DNA of 63,791 nt, filler included, from Lama guanicoe (lineage: Eukaryota): assembly GCA_013239625.1 (NCBI GenBank). It is 196 parts of 196 records of this genome, joined end to end, with 100 filler letters (N's around TTAATTAATTAA, not from the genome) between each part and the next. Parts side by side here need not be neighbours in the genome. Positions count along the whole stretch, not along the records: positions 37,163 to 37,388 come from PNXV01042385.1; positions 37,489 to 37,714 come from PNXV01042386.1; positions 37,815 to 38,040 come from PNXV01042387.1; positions 38,141 to 38,366 come from PNXV01042388.1; positions 38,467 to 38,692 come from PNXV01042389.1; positions 38,793 to 39,018 come from PNXV01042390.1; positions 39,119 to 39,344 come from PNXV01042391.1; positions 39,445 to 39,670 come from PNXV01042392.1; 188 more parts are not named here. The stretch is one strand, 5' to 3'. A model generated the notes under the pieces. It had not been told where the DNA came from, ran no database searches, and saw nothing but the letters and a program-made list of their open reading frames with translations. Shown piece after piece: positions 37,336-51,178 of this stretch; the stretch's first letter is position 1, and each line of letters begins with the position of its first letter. The translations under genes and the position numbers were made by a program.

Positions 37336-38792
37336 ATACTCTCAGGAGTCCTTTAGATGCAAGATCATCATTCAAATTTAGTAGGCAANNNNNNNNNNNN
37401 NNNNNNNNNNNNNNNNNNNNNNNNNNNNNNNNTTAATTAATTAANNNNNNNNNNNNNNNNNNNNNNNNNNNNNNNNNNNNNNNNNNNNATGCTCCACCAG
37501 GAAAGAAAACATCCTAACAAATGCACTCTGAAGTAATACTTTATTACCTAGAATTTTTATTCTGCATGTATTGAAAGAGCTCCTAGACGAATTTAGACAC
37601 AGATTTTTAGTTTTTTATCAACCTAGTGCAGCAATATTCATTAAAAAAAATCTCAGAATTGCTTTATACTCTTAAAAATTACTGAGGTGCCCCAGAGCTT
37701 TGGTTTATGTAGGCNNNNNNNNNNNNNNNNNNNNNNNNNNNNNNNNNNNNNNNNNNNNTTAATTAATTAANNNNNNNNNNNNNNNNNNNNNNNNNNNNNN
37801 NNNNNNNNNNNNNNAATGGGTGCAAGTCCATCAGTGGCAGACATTGTGGGGACCTGAATGGTAGGGGTGGGGCTGGCCTCAGCCCATTACCAGCACATAC
37901 ATGGCAGGGGTGTGTCCAGCAGAGGTGGACATTGTCAGCATGAACATTAGGTGGTACCACAGAAACATATGTCTCAGAAAGACAGCCCCTGGGAAGAAGT
38001 ATGCAGGACTTTATTTCTTAGTGGCAGTGGCCCAGTTCTANNNNNNNNNNNNNNNNNNNNNNNNNNNNNNNNNNNNNNNNNNNNTTAATTAATTAANNNN
38101 NNNNNNNNNNNNNNNNNNNNNNNNNNNNNNNNNNNNNNNNCCTGTGATGGGAGAATCAGGTTAATGTCTCAGACTTAGGATGAATGAAACTGAGGGGTGG
38201 TTGTTGTTGGGGATTTTAAAAACAAGATTGTTCCTGGCTCAGAGGGATATATAACCCCTCTACAAACCAGGAGACTGGGTTGGGCCATCTTTATTCCCTA
38301 ATAAATTATTTAACAAGAATTAAATTCCTCTCCTACTTTATGGAAAGTTCCCTTGGCCCAGACATGNNNNNNNNNNNNNNNNNNNNNNNNNNNNNNNNNN
38401 NNNNNNNNNNTTAATTAATTAANNNNNNNNNNNNNNNNNNNNNNNNNNNNNNNNNNNNNNNNNNNNTCAGTGAGTTTCAATCAAAGCTTGACAGCTACCA
38501 GTTACATTTCACACGAGGTAATTATAGCAAATGGCATTTAGGCTTACTGTTCTGCCATTTCTTTTTCTTTCTGGAGTGTAATCAACAAGATACTAAGATT
38601 GCGTCTGCTTAGCTTTTCTGTAATCTTCACACTGACAAAAATAAATATTCCATCACGAGGCATTTGCTGAAGAAGTATAGGTGGGGAAAGAANNNNNNNN
38701 NNNNNNNNNNNNNNNNNNNNNNNNNNNNNNNNNNNNTTAATTAATTAANNNNNNNNNNNNNNNNNNNNNNNNNNNNNNNNNNNNNNNNNNNN

Positions 38793-38905
38793 GCTATGAA
38801 TATTGGGGTGCAGGTGTCTTTTTGAATTAGGGTTCCTTCTGATTATATGCCCAGGAGTGGGATTGCTGGGTCATATGATAATTCTATTTTTAGTCTTTTG
38901 AGAAA
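38793..38905 (-). mobile_element. L1 ORF2 3' fragment
   Basis: gctatgaatattggggtgcaggtgtctttttgaatt...caggagtgggattgctgggtcatatg. Antisense homologue of 41727-41951. Confidence 0.88.
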
Positions 38906-40782
38906 CAATTCCTCTATATGTTTTGAAAACTTTCTCCCAGTCTGTGGCTTTTAAAAAATATTTTCTTAAGAATGTTTTCTGAGAATAGAAATTTATAATT
39001 TTTATAAAGTTTGATGAANNNNNNNNNNNNNNNNNNNNNNNNNNNNNNNNNNNNNNNNNNNNTTAATTAATTAANNNNNNNNNNNNNNNNNNNNNNNNNN
39101 NNNNNNNNNNNNNNNNNNCCTTTGTCTCCTCAGACCTGTGCTGCCATTACTGGCACTTCTCACGAGAAGAGAGGCAGGGCGCAGACACAGCTGCCATCTC
39201 CTTCTGTGCACAGCACCTGAGTAGGGGTGAGGCCGAGACCTGAATCTGCACCCAGGGGCTCCGCAACCTCCACAGGACTGAGACTTGATTACATTATGAG
39301 GCAGATAGGATCTTTCTGCCCTGGCACCTCAGAGACCTCGCACCNNNNNNNNNNNNNNNNNNNNNNNNNNNNNNNNNNNNNNNNNNNNTTAATTAATTAA
39401 NNNNNNNNNNNNNNNNNNNNNNNNNNNNNNNNNNNNNNNNNNNNTGTCTGGTTGCCTCACTCTTAGTGATGTTGTGATTGCTCACTGGCGTCCGGTGTTG
39501 TCAGCTCTACCATTGTGAGCTTGCCCATCCCTCTGGGACTTAGTAGTTATAGCATCTGTTGCCAAGCATTGCTTAGATGCGTTAGTCCTATATGGTTGCA
39601 AAAGTGATAATTTTCTCACTGTATAATTCCTTTCTCATTTATAGCTGGGAGATTGTCTTATATAAGAACTNNNNNNNNNNNNNNNNNNNNNNNNNNNNNN
39701 NNNNNNNNNNNNNNTTAATTAATTAANNNNNNNNNNNNNNNNNNNNNNNNNNNNNNNNNNNNNNNNNNNNAGCACACATATTGTATACCAGACATTATGT
39801 TGAGCATAGAATCTATAAAGATAAAAAAAGATAAAATTCTTACTTTCTTCACAGAACTGTAAACCAAGAAAATTGAAAGTAGTAATGAAAACTGGAATGG
39901 AACGTATATTTGAAGAGGTTAATAGTGGTTTTAAAGAATTAATTTTTAAGAGATTACATATGAAAGTAAGATAACACTTATAGTAAAAAAAAAAAANNNN
40001 NNNNNNNNNNNNNNNNNNNNNNNNNNNNNNNNNNNNNNNNTTAATTAATTAANNNNNNNNNNNNNNNNNNNNNNNNNNNNNNNNNNNNNNNNNNNNGTGC
40101 CTCCTCCAAGAAGTGTGGTCCTGGTATCAGAGCTTGCTGGGGAGGACAAGGTGGGCTTGGCCTGGTGGGTGGTGCGGCTGGGAAGGAAGTCAAAGATGGG
40201 ACTGGCAATTCTCCCAATGGGGCGAGGGGCGCCTGTGCTCAGGGATAACCATTTCTGTAGAGAAGGGGTCCCCGGACCTTCTGCCCACAGCCTCTGGCAG
40301 GCCCACCATCAGCTCCTGTATTNNNNNNNNNNNNNNNNNNNNNNNNNNNNNNNNNNNNNNNNNNNNTTAATTAATTAANNNNNNNNNNNNNNNNNNNNNN
40401 NNNNNNNNNNNNNNNNNNNNNNGTGAATTGCTGTTTAACAGCATCAGTGCTATTACCGTTATTCATTCTAGTTTCCTGGTAGTTTTGAGTGCCTTTGCAG
40501 TGGTGAGAGCACTGTGTTCGTCCAGCAGCCTCTCTGCTTGCTTGTTAGTGGTGTCCCTGTGGGTACCGACAGTGTGCTCAGCGCTTGGCTAGAACTCAGG
40601 GTGGGGACGTGTGCATACTCCCTTCCTGAGGCAGCCTCCAGCTTAGCTNNNNNNNNNNNNNNNNNNNNNNNNNNNNNNNNNNNNNNNNNNNNTTAATTAA
40701 TTAANNNNNNNNNNNNNNNNNNNNNNNNNNNNNNNNNNNNNNNNNNNNCAACTAAGATCTCAATTGTTTTTAAAATTTATCA

Positions 40783-40974
40783 CTCTCTCTCTCTCTCTCT
40801 CTCCCCCCCTATATATATATATACATATGTATATATGTATATGTATATATATGTATATATATATATACACATATATATATACATATATACATATGTATAT
40901 ATATACATATATATATGTATATATGTATATACATACATATATACATACATACATATATACATATATATATATGT
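40783..40974. repeat. (CT)n followed by degenerate (TA)n/(TACA)n microsatellite
   Basis: Read directly from the sequence. It explains the Y/I/M-rich spurious ORFs. Confidence 0.97.
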
Positions 40975-41074
40975 NNNNNNNNNNNNNNNNNNNNNNNNNN
41001 NNNNNNNNNNNNNNNNNNTTAATTAATTAANNNNNNNNNNNNNNNNNNNNNNNNNNNNNNNNNNNNNNNNNNNN

Positions 41075-41300
41075 GATCTTACCAAACCAAACTTGGATCC
41101 ACTCGCCCATGCACTGACACCAGCTTGTGGTGAAGGAACGTACTGTGTTTATTGCAGATGCCAAGCAAAGAGTACTAGGTCATGCTGAGCTAATGCTCAA
41201 AAGATCGGAACTCCCCTGGTGAGTTTCAGGAAAGAGATGTTAAAGGTGAGGTAAGGGAGAGAGTTGCAGGGTGTGTGATCAGCTCATGCACCATTCTCTG
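41075..41300 (-). mobile_element. ERV1-class LTR fragment
   Basis: ttgtggtgaaggaa...gtttattgcag...ctcaaaagatcggaactcccc...gggtgtgtgatcagctcatgcac. Recalled MER34/MER39-like LTR motifs; aataaa lies on the minus strand. Confidence 0.6.
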
Positions 41301-41726
41301 NNNNNNNNNNNNNNNNNNNNNNNNNNNNNNNNNNNNNNNNNNNNTTAATTAATTAANNNNNNNNNNNNNNNNNNNNNNNNNNNNNNNNNNNNNNNNNNNN
41401 CCACACTCACAAAGACTGTGTGTGGAATTGCGAAATGTCGAACTTGAAACTTGAAAATCTTTTAGGCCAGCTGCTTTATTTTCAAGATGTAGAAACTGAG
41501 GGAACACGTCTCCTTCCAGGCTGTTGAACATTTTCAGATGACTTTGGAGGGAGGGTTTCCAAACCTGGCCGCAGATGGGAACCTCTCAGAGAGGTCTGAA
41601 AAGTATCAGAATATCTCATGAAGAGANNNNNNNNNNNNNNNNNNNNNNNNNNNNNNNNNNNNNNNNNNNNTTAATTAATTAANNNNNNNNNNNNNNNNNN
41701 NNNNNNNNNNNNNNNNNNNNNNNNNN

Positions 41727-41951
41727 GTTGGTGGGAATGTAATTTGGTGCAGCCACTATGGAAAACAGTATGGAAATCCCTTAAAAACTAAAAATAGACT
41801 TACCATGTGATCCAGCAGTCCTACTCCATATATCTGAAGGAAACTCCAGTTCAAAAAGATACATGCACCCCAGTGTTCATTCCAGCACTATTTACAATAG
41901 CTAAGACATATAAACAGCCTAAATGTCCATCAACAGATGACTGGATAAAGA
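41727..41951 (+). mobile_element. L1 ORF2 C-terminal fragment
   Basis: QKDTCTPVFIPALFTIAKTYKQPKCPSTDDWIK. Confidence 0.95.
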
Positions 41952-42377
41952 NNNNNNNNNNNNNNNNNNNNNNNNNNNNNNNNNNNNNNNNNNNNTTAAT
42001 TAATTAANNNNNNNNNNNNNNNNNNNNNNNNNNNNNNNNNNNNNNNNNNNNTCTTTTACCTATAAAGTAAGGATAAAAGCACCTGCCTTCCAAGCTTGTT
42101 ATGAGTATTCTGAGCGATGATATATGTATACAAGTGCCTGGCACACTAGAGACACTAAAGGGGGTGGCAGCTATTACCAGCCAGCAGCAGAGTTCCCATT
42201 CCTTTCACGATACATCTTCTCATTCCCGTTGAAGCTTCATTCCCTTATTATTTCAGACCTCATGAATCTACTTTTCCNNNNNNNNNNNNNNNNNNNNNNN
42301 NNNNNNNNNNNNNNNNNNNNNTTAATTAATTAANNNNNNNNNNNNNNNNNNNNNNNNNNNNNNNNNNNNNNNNNNNN

Positions 42378-42603
42378 GGCCTCCAATGTCACATGAGCTG
42401 TTCGGTTTCTGTTTGTGTCCAGGCGAGACGGATCTCGGGAGGGATGTGTCAGGGGGAGGCCCCGGCGGGTCGGAGCCGAGGGGACTGCTGGCCGGCGGCA
42501 TCCCGGGCCCTGCCTGGTGCGGACCCGGATGCCGAGGCCCCAGAAGTGACAGCGCCAGCCCTGGCTGCGAGCGGGGCATCGGTGCTCCGGGGGGTTAGCG
42601 CAC
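42378..42603. promoter_or_regulatory. CpG-island fragment (gene unknown)
   Basis: High GC with many CpGs. Confidence 0.55.
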
Positions 42604-45600
42604 NNNNNNNNNNNNNNNNNNNNNNNNNNNNNNNNNNNNNNNNNNNNTTAATTAATTAANNNNNNNNNNNNNNNNNNNNNNNNNNNNNNNNNNNNNNNNN
42701 NNNACCGCCCTCTCCCAGAAGCCTTGTGATTCAGCATTGAGCACCTTCTGTATGCCTAGTCCTGTGCCAGGCACCACCAGGGGAGCAGAGGAAGGAGAGA
42801 GTCCTGTCTGGTGGTTGTATTTGTGGTCGCCTACTGTGTGCTGAGAAGGGGGCAGAGCACTTTTGTACGAGATCTTACTGCCTCCCCTCCAAGGAGCTGG
42901 GTCCTCTTATTTCACCCATTTTACAGACANNNNNNNNNNNNNNNNNNNNNNNNNNNNNNNNNNNNNNNNNNNNTTAATTAATTAANNNNNNNNNNNNNNN
43001 NNNNNNNNNNNNNNNNNNNNNNNNNNNNNTTGGAACTGCGAGGTTGTAGCACCAAAAATAATTAGAAGCCCGTGTTAACTGTCACTGCCTTCCTCCATGC
43101 CAGTCAGGTAACCACTTTACACAATAAACAACATCGCTGACCGAGTCTGTTTCAAGCTAACGTATCTTTCCCACGTAATGCGTGAGGCTCAAAACGATAT
43201 AGATGAGAAAAAACAACACATAAGGAAATGTCATGAGGGATGGCATTGAGTAAAANNNNNNNNNNNNNNNNNNNNNNNNNNNNNNNNNNNNNNNNNNNNT
43301 TAATTAATTAANNNNNNNNNNNNNNNNNNNNNNNNNNNNNNNNNNNNNNNNNNNNCATTATATTTTGTCAACTCCAGTAGCCATAATGATCCAGAACCAA
43401 GGACCGTTTTCAAAGCCTCTCAGGAAACAGTAGCAAAGGCAAAATCTTTGGACTAAGCTATGCCTCTTTCACGCGCCAGAAACACCTTAGAAAACGTCTA
43501 CTCACTGTTAACTATTTGCTGAACTGTCAAATGGTTCCAACAAACCAGGTCCTACGATCTTTCCCAGACGACTAGTGACAANNNNNNNNNNNNNNNNNNN
43601 NNNNNNNNNNNNNNNNNNNNNNNNNTTAATTAATTAANNNNNNNNNNNNNNNNNNNNNNNNNNNNNNNNNNNNNNNNNNNNTATGTTCCCCATACATTCT
43701 CACTGAGCCCTGAGTTACCTCATAAAGAAGTCCAGCGACCAGAGTGGTCATAAAAAGTGAATTCTGGCCATTTTCTATTTGGTAGGTGTTGCAGCCATCC
43801 ATCCAAGACATGAGGAATTTTAGTAAATGCCTCTTAGACGTTCCAGCCTGTTTTATTGCCCTAGCCAACGTCGACTGAAGGGTAAATGACTCTGACCCAG
43901 CTGAATANNNNNNNNNNNNNNNNNNNNNNNNNNNNNNNNNNNNNNNNNNNNTTAATTAATTAANNNNNNNNNNNNNNNNNNNNNNNNNNNNNNNNNNNNN
44001 NNNNNNNCCAGTCAAATCAATGGAGCAAGCTTGCCCATGCCTCTCAGCCTGGTGTGCGCCAAGCCAACGAGATACCCTGTGACTTGTGTGCAATGGAAGG
44101 GCTAGCTTTTGCTCCCTTTTTAATTGAGAAAGATTTGGAGATGACAGGTTCCTTGAATGAAACTCTTCTTTATAACCAGCCTACACTTTTCATGTCACTA
44201 CACCACGTGGGTCTGGTTCCCAGCATCCTCCCANNNNNNNNNNNNNNNNNNNNNNNNNNNNNNNNNNNNNNNNNNNNTTAATTAATTAANNNNNNNNNNN
44301 NNNNNNNNNNNNNNNNNNNNNNNNNNNNNNNNNCAATAAGTGTAATATCATTACGGTATCTCATCACATGGATGATTCTTGGATAGCAAATATTGGTAGG
44401 GGTTCTAACAGCTGAATATGGAAGGGATCTTGGGGTCTTATTATAGACCACTGAGCAAATTACATGTCTCTACGCAGTGCATGTTATAGTCCAGTGAGAA
44501 AAGTCCACTCATATATATACGTATGTATATATGTATGTATATAATATATGCGTATATGTNNNNNNNNNNNNNNNNNNNNNNNNNNNNNNNNNNNNNNNNN
44601 NNNTTAATTAATTAANNNNNNNNNNNNNNNNNNNNNNNNNNNNNNNNNNNNNNNNNNNNAGGTTATGTTAATTTGAAAAAACTAAAAATTTATTCAAACT
44701 TCTCTATGTAGAAAAACTGCCCTCCAAAGTTCCCCAAAGTCCCACTGAACAGATAAAATTACCACAGGTAAGTGTGGGCTCTGGGGCTCTAACTCCACAT
44801 CCGGCTTGGTTTCACTCCAGGGGAATCCCCAGCCTTAGCCCCGCCCAGGCTTGGGTGGAAAGATTCCTGAGAAATCAGTGCGGAGNNNNNNNNNNNNNNN
44901 NNNNNNNNNNNNNNNNNNNNNNNNNNNNNTTAATTAATTAANNNNNNNNNNNNNNNNNNNNNNNNNNNNNNNNNNNNNNNNNNNNAGGAGATGGGGGAAT
45001 GAGTGAAAATATACCTCACCAATTATCACATTAAATGTATAAATAAGTTATCAAAGTCTTTTCATATAATGACATTGCTTGTAATAATGTCAACCTTTCT
45101 CAAGGACTTGAATCTAGCAGAAATTTTACCAAACCATTATACAATTCATCTCAAATATACTCATGTAGCACAGATATACATTTTGTACACAGATATGCAT
45201 TCATTTTTTATNNNNNNNNNNNNNNNNNNNNNNNNNNNNNNNNNNNNNNNNNNNNTTAATTAATTAANNNNNNNNNNNNNNNNNNNNNNNNNNNNNNNNN
45301 NNNNNNNNNNNTGTACCAGTTTGATTTGGAAGTCAGAAGATCTTGCTTCCTCCCTTAGCATGGTTGCCATCCTTCCAGAGCCCTGTTTCCTTATCTACAA
45401 ACTTCTTTGGACCACTCTTGATCTATGATTCTATGTAGGCTGGGAAGGGCTTGACAGAGAGGTAAAAGTGCTCTATTCTATCAGTCTCGGCTCACAGGCA
45501 GTTAATCTAAATAATTCACATCCCATTGCCTGTATCANNNNNNNNNNNNNNNNNNNNNNNNNNNNNNNNNNNNNNNNNNNNTTAATTAATTAANNNNNNN

Positions 45601-45687
45601 NNNNNNNNNNNNNNNNNNNNNNNNNNNNNNNNNNNNNATTGCCAAAAAAATCACATAAATAATTGCAAAAGATACTAGTTTTTCTTG

Positions 45688-45863
45688 AAGATTTTATTGT
45701 TTAAGAGCAGTTTTAGGTTTACAATAAAATTGAAAGGAATGTACAGGGATTTCTGATATACCCCTTGCTCCCCAATCATGCATAGCTTCCCCTGTTATCA
45801 CCAGAATCGTGCATTTTTCTTATCAAGAAGTAACCTACATGGCACATCAACGTCCCTAGTTTA
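45688..45863 (-). mobile_element. Old L1M 3' end
   Basis: tttaagagcagttttaggtttacaataaaattgaaaggaatgtacagggatttc. Confidence 0.7.
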
Positions 45864-45963
45864 NNNNNNNNNNNNNNNNNNNNNNNNNNNNNNNNNNNNN
45901 NNNNNNNTTAATTAATTAANNNNNNNNNNNNNNNNNNNNNNNNNNNNNNNNNNNNNNNNNNNN

Positions 45964-46188
45964 GGCCAATAGGTACATGAAAAAATGCTCAATATCACTA
46001 ATGAGAGAAATGCAAATCAAAACTACAATGAGGTATCAGCTCACAAAGTCAGAATGGCCATCACTCAAAAGTTCATGAACATAAACGGAGAGGGTGTGGA
46101 GAAAAGGGAACCCTCTTACACTGCTGGTCGGAATGTAGTTTGGTATAACCATGATGGAAATTCCTCAAAGCACTAAAAATAGACTTAC
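45964..46188 (+). mobile_element. L1 ORF2 3' fragment
   Basis: HMKKCSISLMREMQIKTTMRYQLTKSEW / [14 protein letters not shown]. Confidence 0.92.
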
Positions 46189-46679
46189 NNNNNNNNNNNN
46201 NNNNNNNNNNNNNNNNNNNNNNNNNNNNNNNNTTAATTAATTAANNNNNNNNNNNNNNNNNNNNNNNNNNNNNNNNNNNNNNNNNNNNTTACTAAATGTC
46301 CCCATATATCGGAAATTAAAGATGTAGGTTGTTTTTGTTGTTTTTTTAATGATGTGTGGAAGGAAATATTAAGAGGTTAGTTTTCCACATGTTAAAATTG
46401 TGGAACCTATTTGATCAGCTCCTGGAAATGGTGAATGACCAGAAAGATATGCAAACTAAGCGTTCAGAAAGAGTACTGGGCTGGAGATAGACATTTGTGA
46501 GTTATCAGAATAAANNNNNNNNNNNNNNNNNNNNNNNNNNNNNNNNNNNNNNNNNNNNTTAATTAATTAANNNNNNNNNNNNNNNNNNNNNNNNNNNNNN
46601 NNNNNNNNNNNNNNAGATAAACAAATGACTGTGAGGAAAATATCACCTGATTGATACTGGTCAGATTTGTAAATGTTTA

Positions 46680-46840
46680 ATTTCTAGAATATACAAACAG
46701 CTCATACAACTTAATAATATTAAAAAAAAAAACCCAATCCAAAAACGGGCAGAAAACCAAAACAAGCAATTCTCCACTGAAGACATGTAACTGGCCAATA
46801 GGCACATGAAAAAATGCTCAGTATCGCTAATTATCAGAGA
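46680..46840 (+). mobile_element. L1 ORF2 3' fragment
   Basis: tttctagaatatacaaacagctcatacaactt...ggccaataggcacatgaaaaaatgctca. Overlaps the start of 45964 in consensus coordinates. Confidence 0.9.
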
Positions 46841-46940
46841 NNNNNNNNNNNNNNNNNNNNNNNNNNNNNNNNNNNNNNNNNNNNTTAATTAATTAANNNN
46901 NNNNNNNNNNNNNNNNNNNNNNNNNNNNNNNNNNNNNNNN

Positions 46941-47166
46941 TCGGTGATCGCGGATCGGCGGGAGAAGATGGGGCGATCGGGAGAGCGGGTCCGGGGGGAC
47001 TAACTGAGGCTGGGGCCCACGTGGCTCCTGAGCCTGCCGCAGCGGTCGCCGCGTCACCCAGCGGCGGCCCCCGTGTGCGGTGCCGCCCGAGCCGCCGCCG
47101 CCCGAGCCGCCCGAGCCGCCGCCGCTTCCTCCGGGGCCTCCGCGCCGCCCGCCCGGCCGCCGGGGG
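46941..47166. promoter_or_regulatory. CpG-island / first-exon-like fragment with (GCC)n and gccgcccga repeats
   Basis: Very GC- and CpG-rich; gene not recognised. Confidence 0.65.
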
Positions 47167-50100
47167 NNNNNNNNNNNNNNNNNNNNNNNNNNNNNNNNNN
47201 NNNNNNNNNNTTAATTAATTAANNNNNNNNNNNNNNNNNNNNNNNNNNNNNNNNNNNNNNNNNNNNATGACATAATTATTTCAGCCAAAGTTTAAGCAAC
47301 CAAAACGTGAGCTTTATTATACTACATTTTTAAAGACTTGTTTATACAAGGTTTGTGGGAAATGAATGGCTTTTTAAATGTCATACAAATCAGTTTTGCA
47401 TAACTTAGTTTCCTTAAAGCATAAGGTATCAGTTAAGTAATAATGGCTGATTCTATTTTAAGAATAAGATTTTTTACTTTTAAGATTTAATGNNNNNNNN
47501 NNNNNNNNNNNNNNNNNNNNNNNNNNNNNNNNNNNNTTAATTAATTAANNNNNNNNNNNNNNNNNNNNNNNNNNNNNNNNNNNNNNNNNNNNAATCTGCT
47601 GGAGATGGAAGGATTACTTTATTATATGTGTGTGTGTGTGTTACGTACAGGAACATCACATACACTAACACATGCGTGACTTGAATGTAAACACACACAC
47701 ACACACACACGTGCATGTACACACAGCACCATTTAATACACATTTTCTTTTTGGTTTTCCTTTGTGGTGTTAACCCTTATCCAGTTCCTCCACCAAGACC
47801 CTAAGACACCATCTGGGCNNNNNNNNNNNNNNNNNNNNNNNNNNNNNNNNNNNNNNNNNNNNTTAATTAATTAANNNNNNNNNNNNNNNNNNNNNNNNNN
47901 NNNNNNNNNNNNNNNNNNCCTATTGGGGATGTGGGAATGTCCCAAGGTGCTGGCGCAGAAGTCCTTATATTTGGGTTCAAGCTGTTTCCATTCCCTCTCA
48001 GTGTCTGCTCTCCCTCCTCCCCCAACATTGGCACCTTTGTCCCACTGGGGAGCAGCACTAGAGGTCGAGGGTCTGGAGTGGGTGTTTGGTGTGGGCTGGG
48101 TTACATGCTGGGGTGGTCGCAGCATACCAGTCAGAGTTCCAGTTNNNNNNNNNNNNNNNNNNNNNNNNNNNNNNNNNNNNNNNNNNNNTTAATTAATTAA
48201 NNNNNNNNNNNNNNNNNNNNNNNNNNNNNNNNNNNNNNNNNNNNGGTATAGAAGTATGATTAATAGTAACAGGAGGTTCTGTTCATTTACCAACTTCAGG
48301 TTTTATTCTTTGCATGATTATAAATGAGTGCAAATATGTGCATGACATTAACATCAAGTGTTAGCAATGCTGTTAAATTATCAATAAAAATAAACATGAA
48401 AACAATTAACATGCAAAGATTTTCTTCTAAGTTAATCCTCTGAGCAAGAGAATTAGTTGATATTATTCTTNNNNNNNNNNNNNNNNNNNNNNNNNNNNNN
48501 NNNNNNNNNNNNNNTTAATTAATTAANNNNNNNNNNNNNNNNNNNNNNNNNNNNNNNNNNNNNNNNNNNNACAGTTAACACGAGGAGCTAGACACCCCTT
48601 ATTCTTAACATTAAAATAAAAATGAAACACAGCCTTTTTCAAACACGATGGTAACTTTTCTTCTTTGAGTATTGCTACGGACTTTTAGCCTCTTTTGGAC
48701 TCAGAGTGTTTCACGGGTCCAAGTTCCATCAAATTGTCAACGTGACCAGTGGGGAGCCACTTGTCAGCCGCCTCTTTGTCCTCTGAGCGTTGACATNNNN
48801 NNNNNNNNNNNNNNNNNNNNNNNNNNNNNNNNNNNNNNNNTTAATTAATTAANNNNNNNNNNNNNNNNNNNNNNNNNNNNNNNNNNNNNNNNNNNNGCCT
48901 GGTGCCCATGTTTCTGGTTCCCCATCCCCTCCTTTGACCTCAGCACTAGATGCCTGCTAGACCCTCTGCAGGCAAGAGCAGTGGCTAACCTTAACCCATT
49001 TAAAGGCCCTTCAGGTTGTAGACACTCCTCGAGGAGATAATTTACTGATCTTTCGAACGTCAGGTGACCAGACCTTTGAAAAACTGGTGTTCTTTCCCTC
49101 TTTAACAATAACCTGGAAACTCNNNNNNNNNNNNNNNNNNNNNNNNNNNNNNNNNNNNNNNNNNNNTTAATTAATTAANNNNNNNNNNNNNNNNNNNNNN
49201 NNNNNNNNNNNNNNNNNNNNNNAGTTGAGTTTTATGCTGCACAGGATTGTCTGTTTCTTGCTTAATTGAATTTGTGGGCTGAGCATCACACCTGTTAATA
49301 GGGTCAAGAAGCACAAGGACTCTAATTCTGGATTGATGATACAGGGAGTGGGGTTGACAAGGGAGAACATGGAAGGAAAATGAACATCCTTACATAAAGT
49401 GCTAGGTACCGGGACCATCCTATCCTGTAATCTGGGGCCAGCAGACCCNNNNNNNNNNNNNNNNNNNNNNNNNNNNNNNNNNNNNNNNNNNNTTAATTAA
49501 TTAANNNNNNNNNNNNNNNNNNNNNNNNNNNNNNNNNNNNNNNNNNNNCCGGCCCACCACGAAGGAGAGCAGCACCTGACCCAGTGTTGGAGGGGCACCA
49601 TATTCTTGCCGATGGACACTGTGAGTAGCACAGACGAAGGGGCCAACAGAGCAAGTTGAGTTCATGAAACAGGGCGAAGACACAAAGACTGCTCAATAAA
49701 ACCATTAAAAGTGCACAGTCTCTATGAGAACACATCTTTGTTTTTTAAATCTTTTTATATCTGTTTTATTTTCTNNNNNNNNNNNNNNNNNNNNNNNNNN
49801 NNNNNNNNNNNNNNNNNNTTAATTAATTAANNNNNNNNNNNNNNNNNNNNNNNNNNNNNNNNNNNNNNNNNNNNCCTCCAGGTTCTCGAGGGCCGCCCCA
49901 GCCCCGGCCTCCCGCGTCGCGGCCGGGGGCTGTGCTTTGTTTTATCTGTCTTCCAGGAGATTTGCCCTTCTGCCCGCCTCCGGCGGTGGGCTGCTCAAAG
50001 CTTCGTCCACGAGGCTTTTGTCTAGAGAGGAACCAGGGGACGCAGCGGACCCTCTGTTTATTCTGTTTTTTTCCACTCTTATCATCAAGTTTAACTTCCG

Positions 50101-51178
50101 NNNNNNNNNNNNNNNNNNNNNNNNNNNNNNNNNNNNNNNNNNNNTTAATTAATTAANNNNNNNNNNNNNNNNNNNNNNNNNNNNNNNNNNNNNNNNNNNN
50201 TTCAGTAAAAGATTCCCCTCAATTAACACACTCCCTTCACCCCAGAGAAGACTCAAACCCAGCACTGAATCTAGCGGAAGGCCATCATTTCTTTGTTTCA
50301 GCTAAGTGTTCAATTCCTATCTATTTCAGTCGAGACACTTTGACCTTTATGGATTTCACTGATGTTCACTGAGTGTGAAGCTGGAGAATCTCTGATTCGA
50401 GGAGGGGCTTGCCCTTCTCGTACTGGNNNNNNNNNNNNNNNNNNNNNNNNNNNNNNNNNNNNNNNNNNNNTTAATTAATTAANNNNNNNNNNNNNNNNNN
50501 NNNNNNNNNNNNNNNNNNNNNNNNNNCTTTTTTTTAAGTGGTAGAATTGTTGTTTGCTGAATTACAGAATTTCTGCCATCGGCCAGCTTCTGTCCAGCAC
50601 ACCTGTTGCTCTTACGCTGAATCCCTTTCTCCCTCAGTGGGGGCCGGATTTCTCATCTTAGTGTTGGGTGTAACTGGAGTGAATAACAACTTGCTCGAAG
50701 AACGACTGCTTCAATCAGTAAGACTTAGCTGGACTTGAAAACGGAAACATTCNNNNNNNNNNNNNNNNNNNNNNNNNNNNNNNNNNNNNNNNNNNNTTAA
50801 TTAATTAANNNNNNNNNNNNNNNNNNNNNNNNNNNNNNNNNNNNNNNNNNNNGAAACTGTGAAAGCATTCTCTGAAATCTACAGCACTGACAAAACATAA
50901 CCGACAAATCCCAGGCTCCTTGGAGGCTGTCATTTTCTGTTTCTGTCCAAACACAGTCAATGAGCAGAAGCACCCCATTCCCGAGTCATGGGACTCATAT
51001 GGGAAGGAGTTTTGGAGAAATTTCCAGGAATATAATGTAACCAACTATATGTAGAACTCTGACAAAATAAAAGATGAANNNNNNNNNNNNNNNNNNNNNN
51101 NNNNNNNNNNNNNNNNNNNNNNTTAATTAATTAANNNNNNNNNNNNNNNNNNNNNNNNNNNNNNNNNNNNNNNNNNNN

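Noticed and set aside
40760..41030. Tyr/Ile-rich overlapping ORFs
   Set aside because: These are translations of a (TA)n microsatellite.
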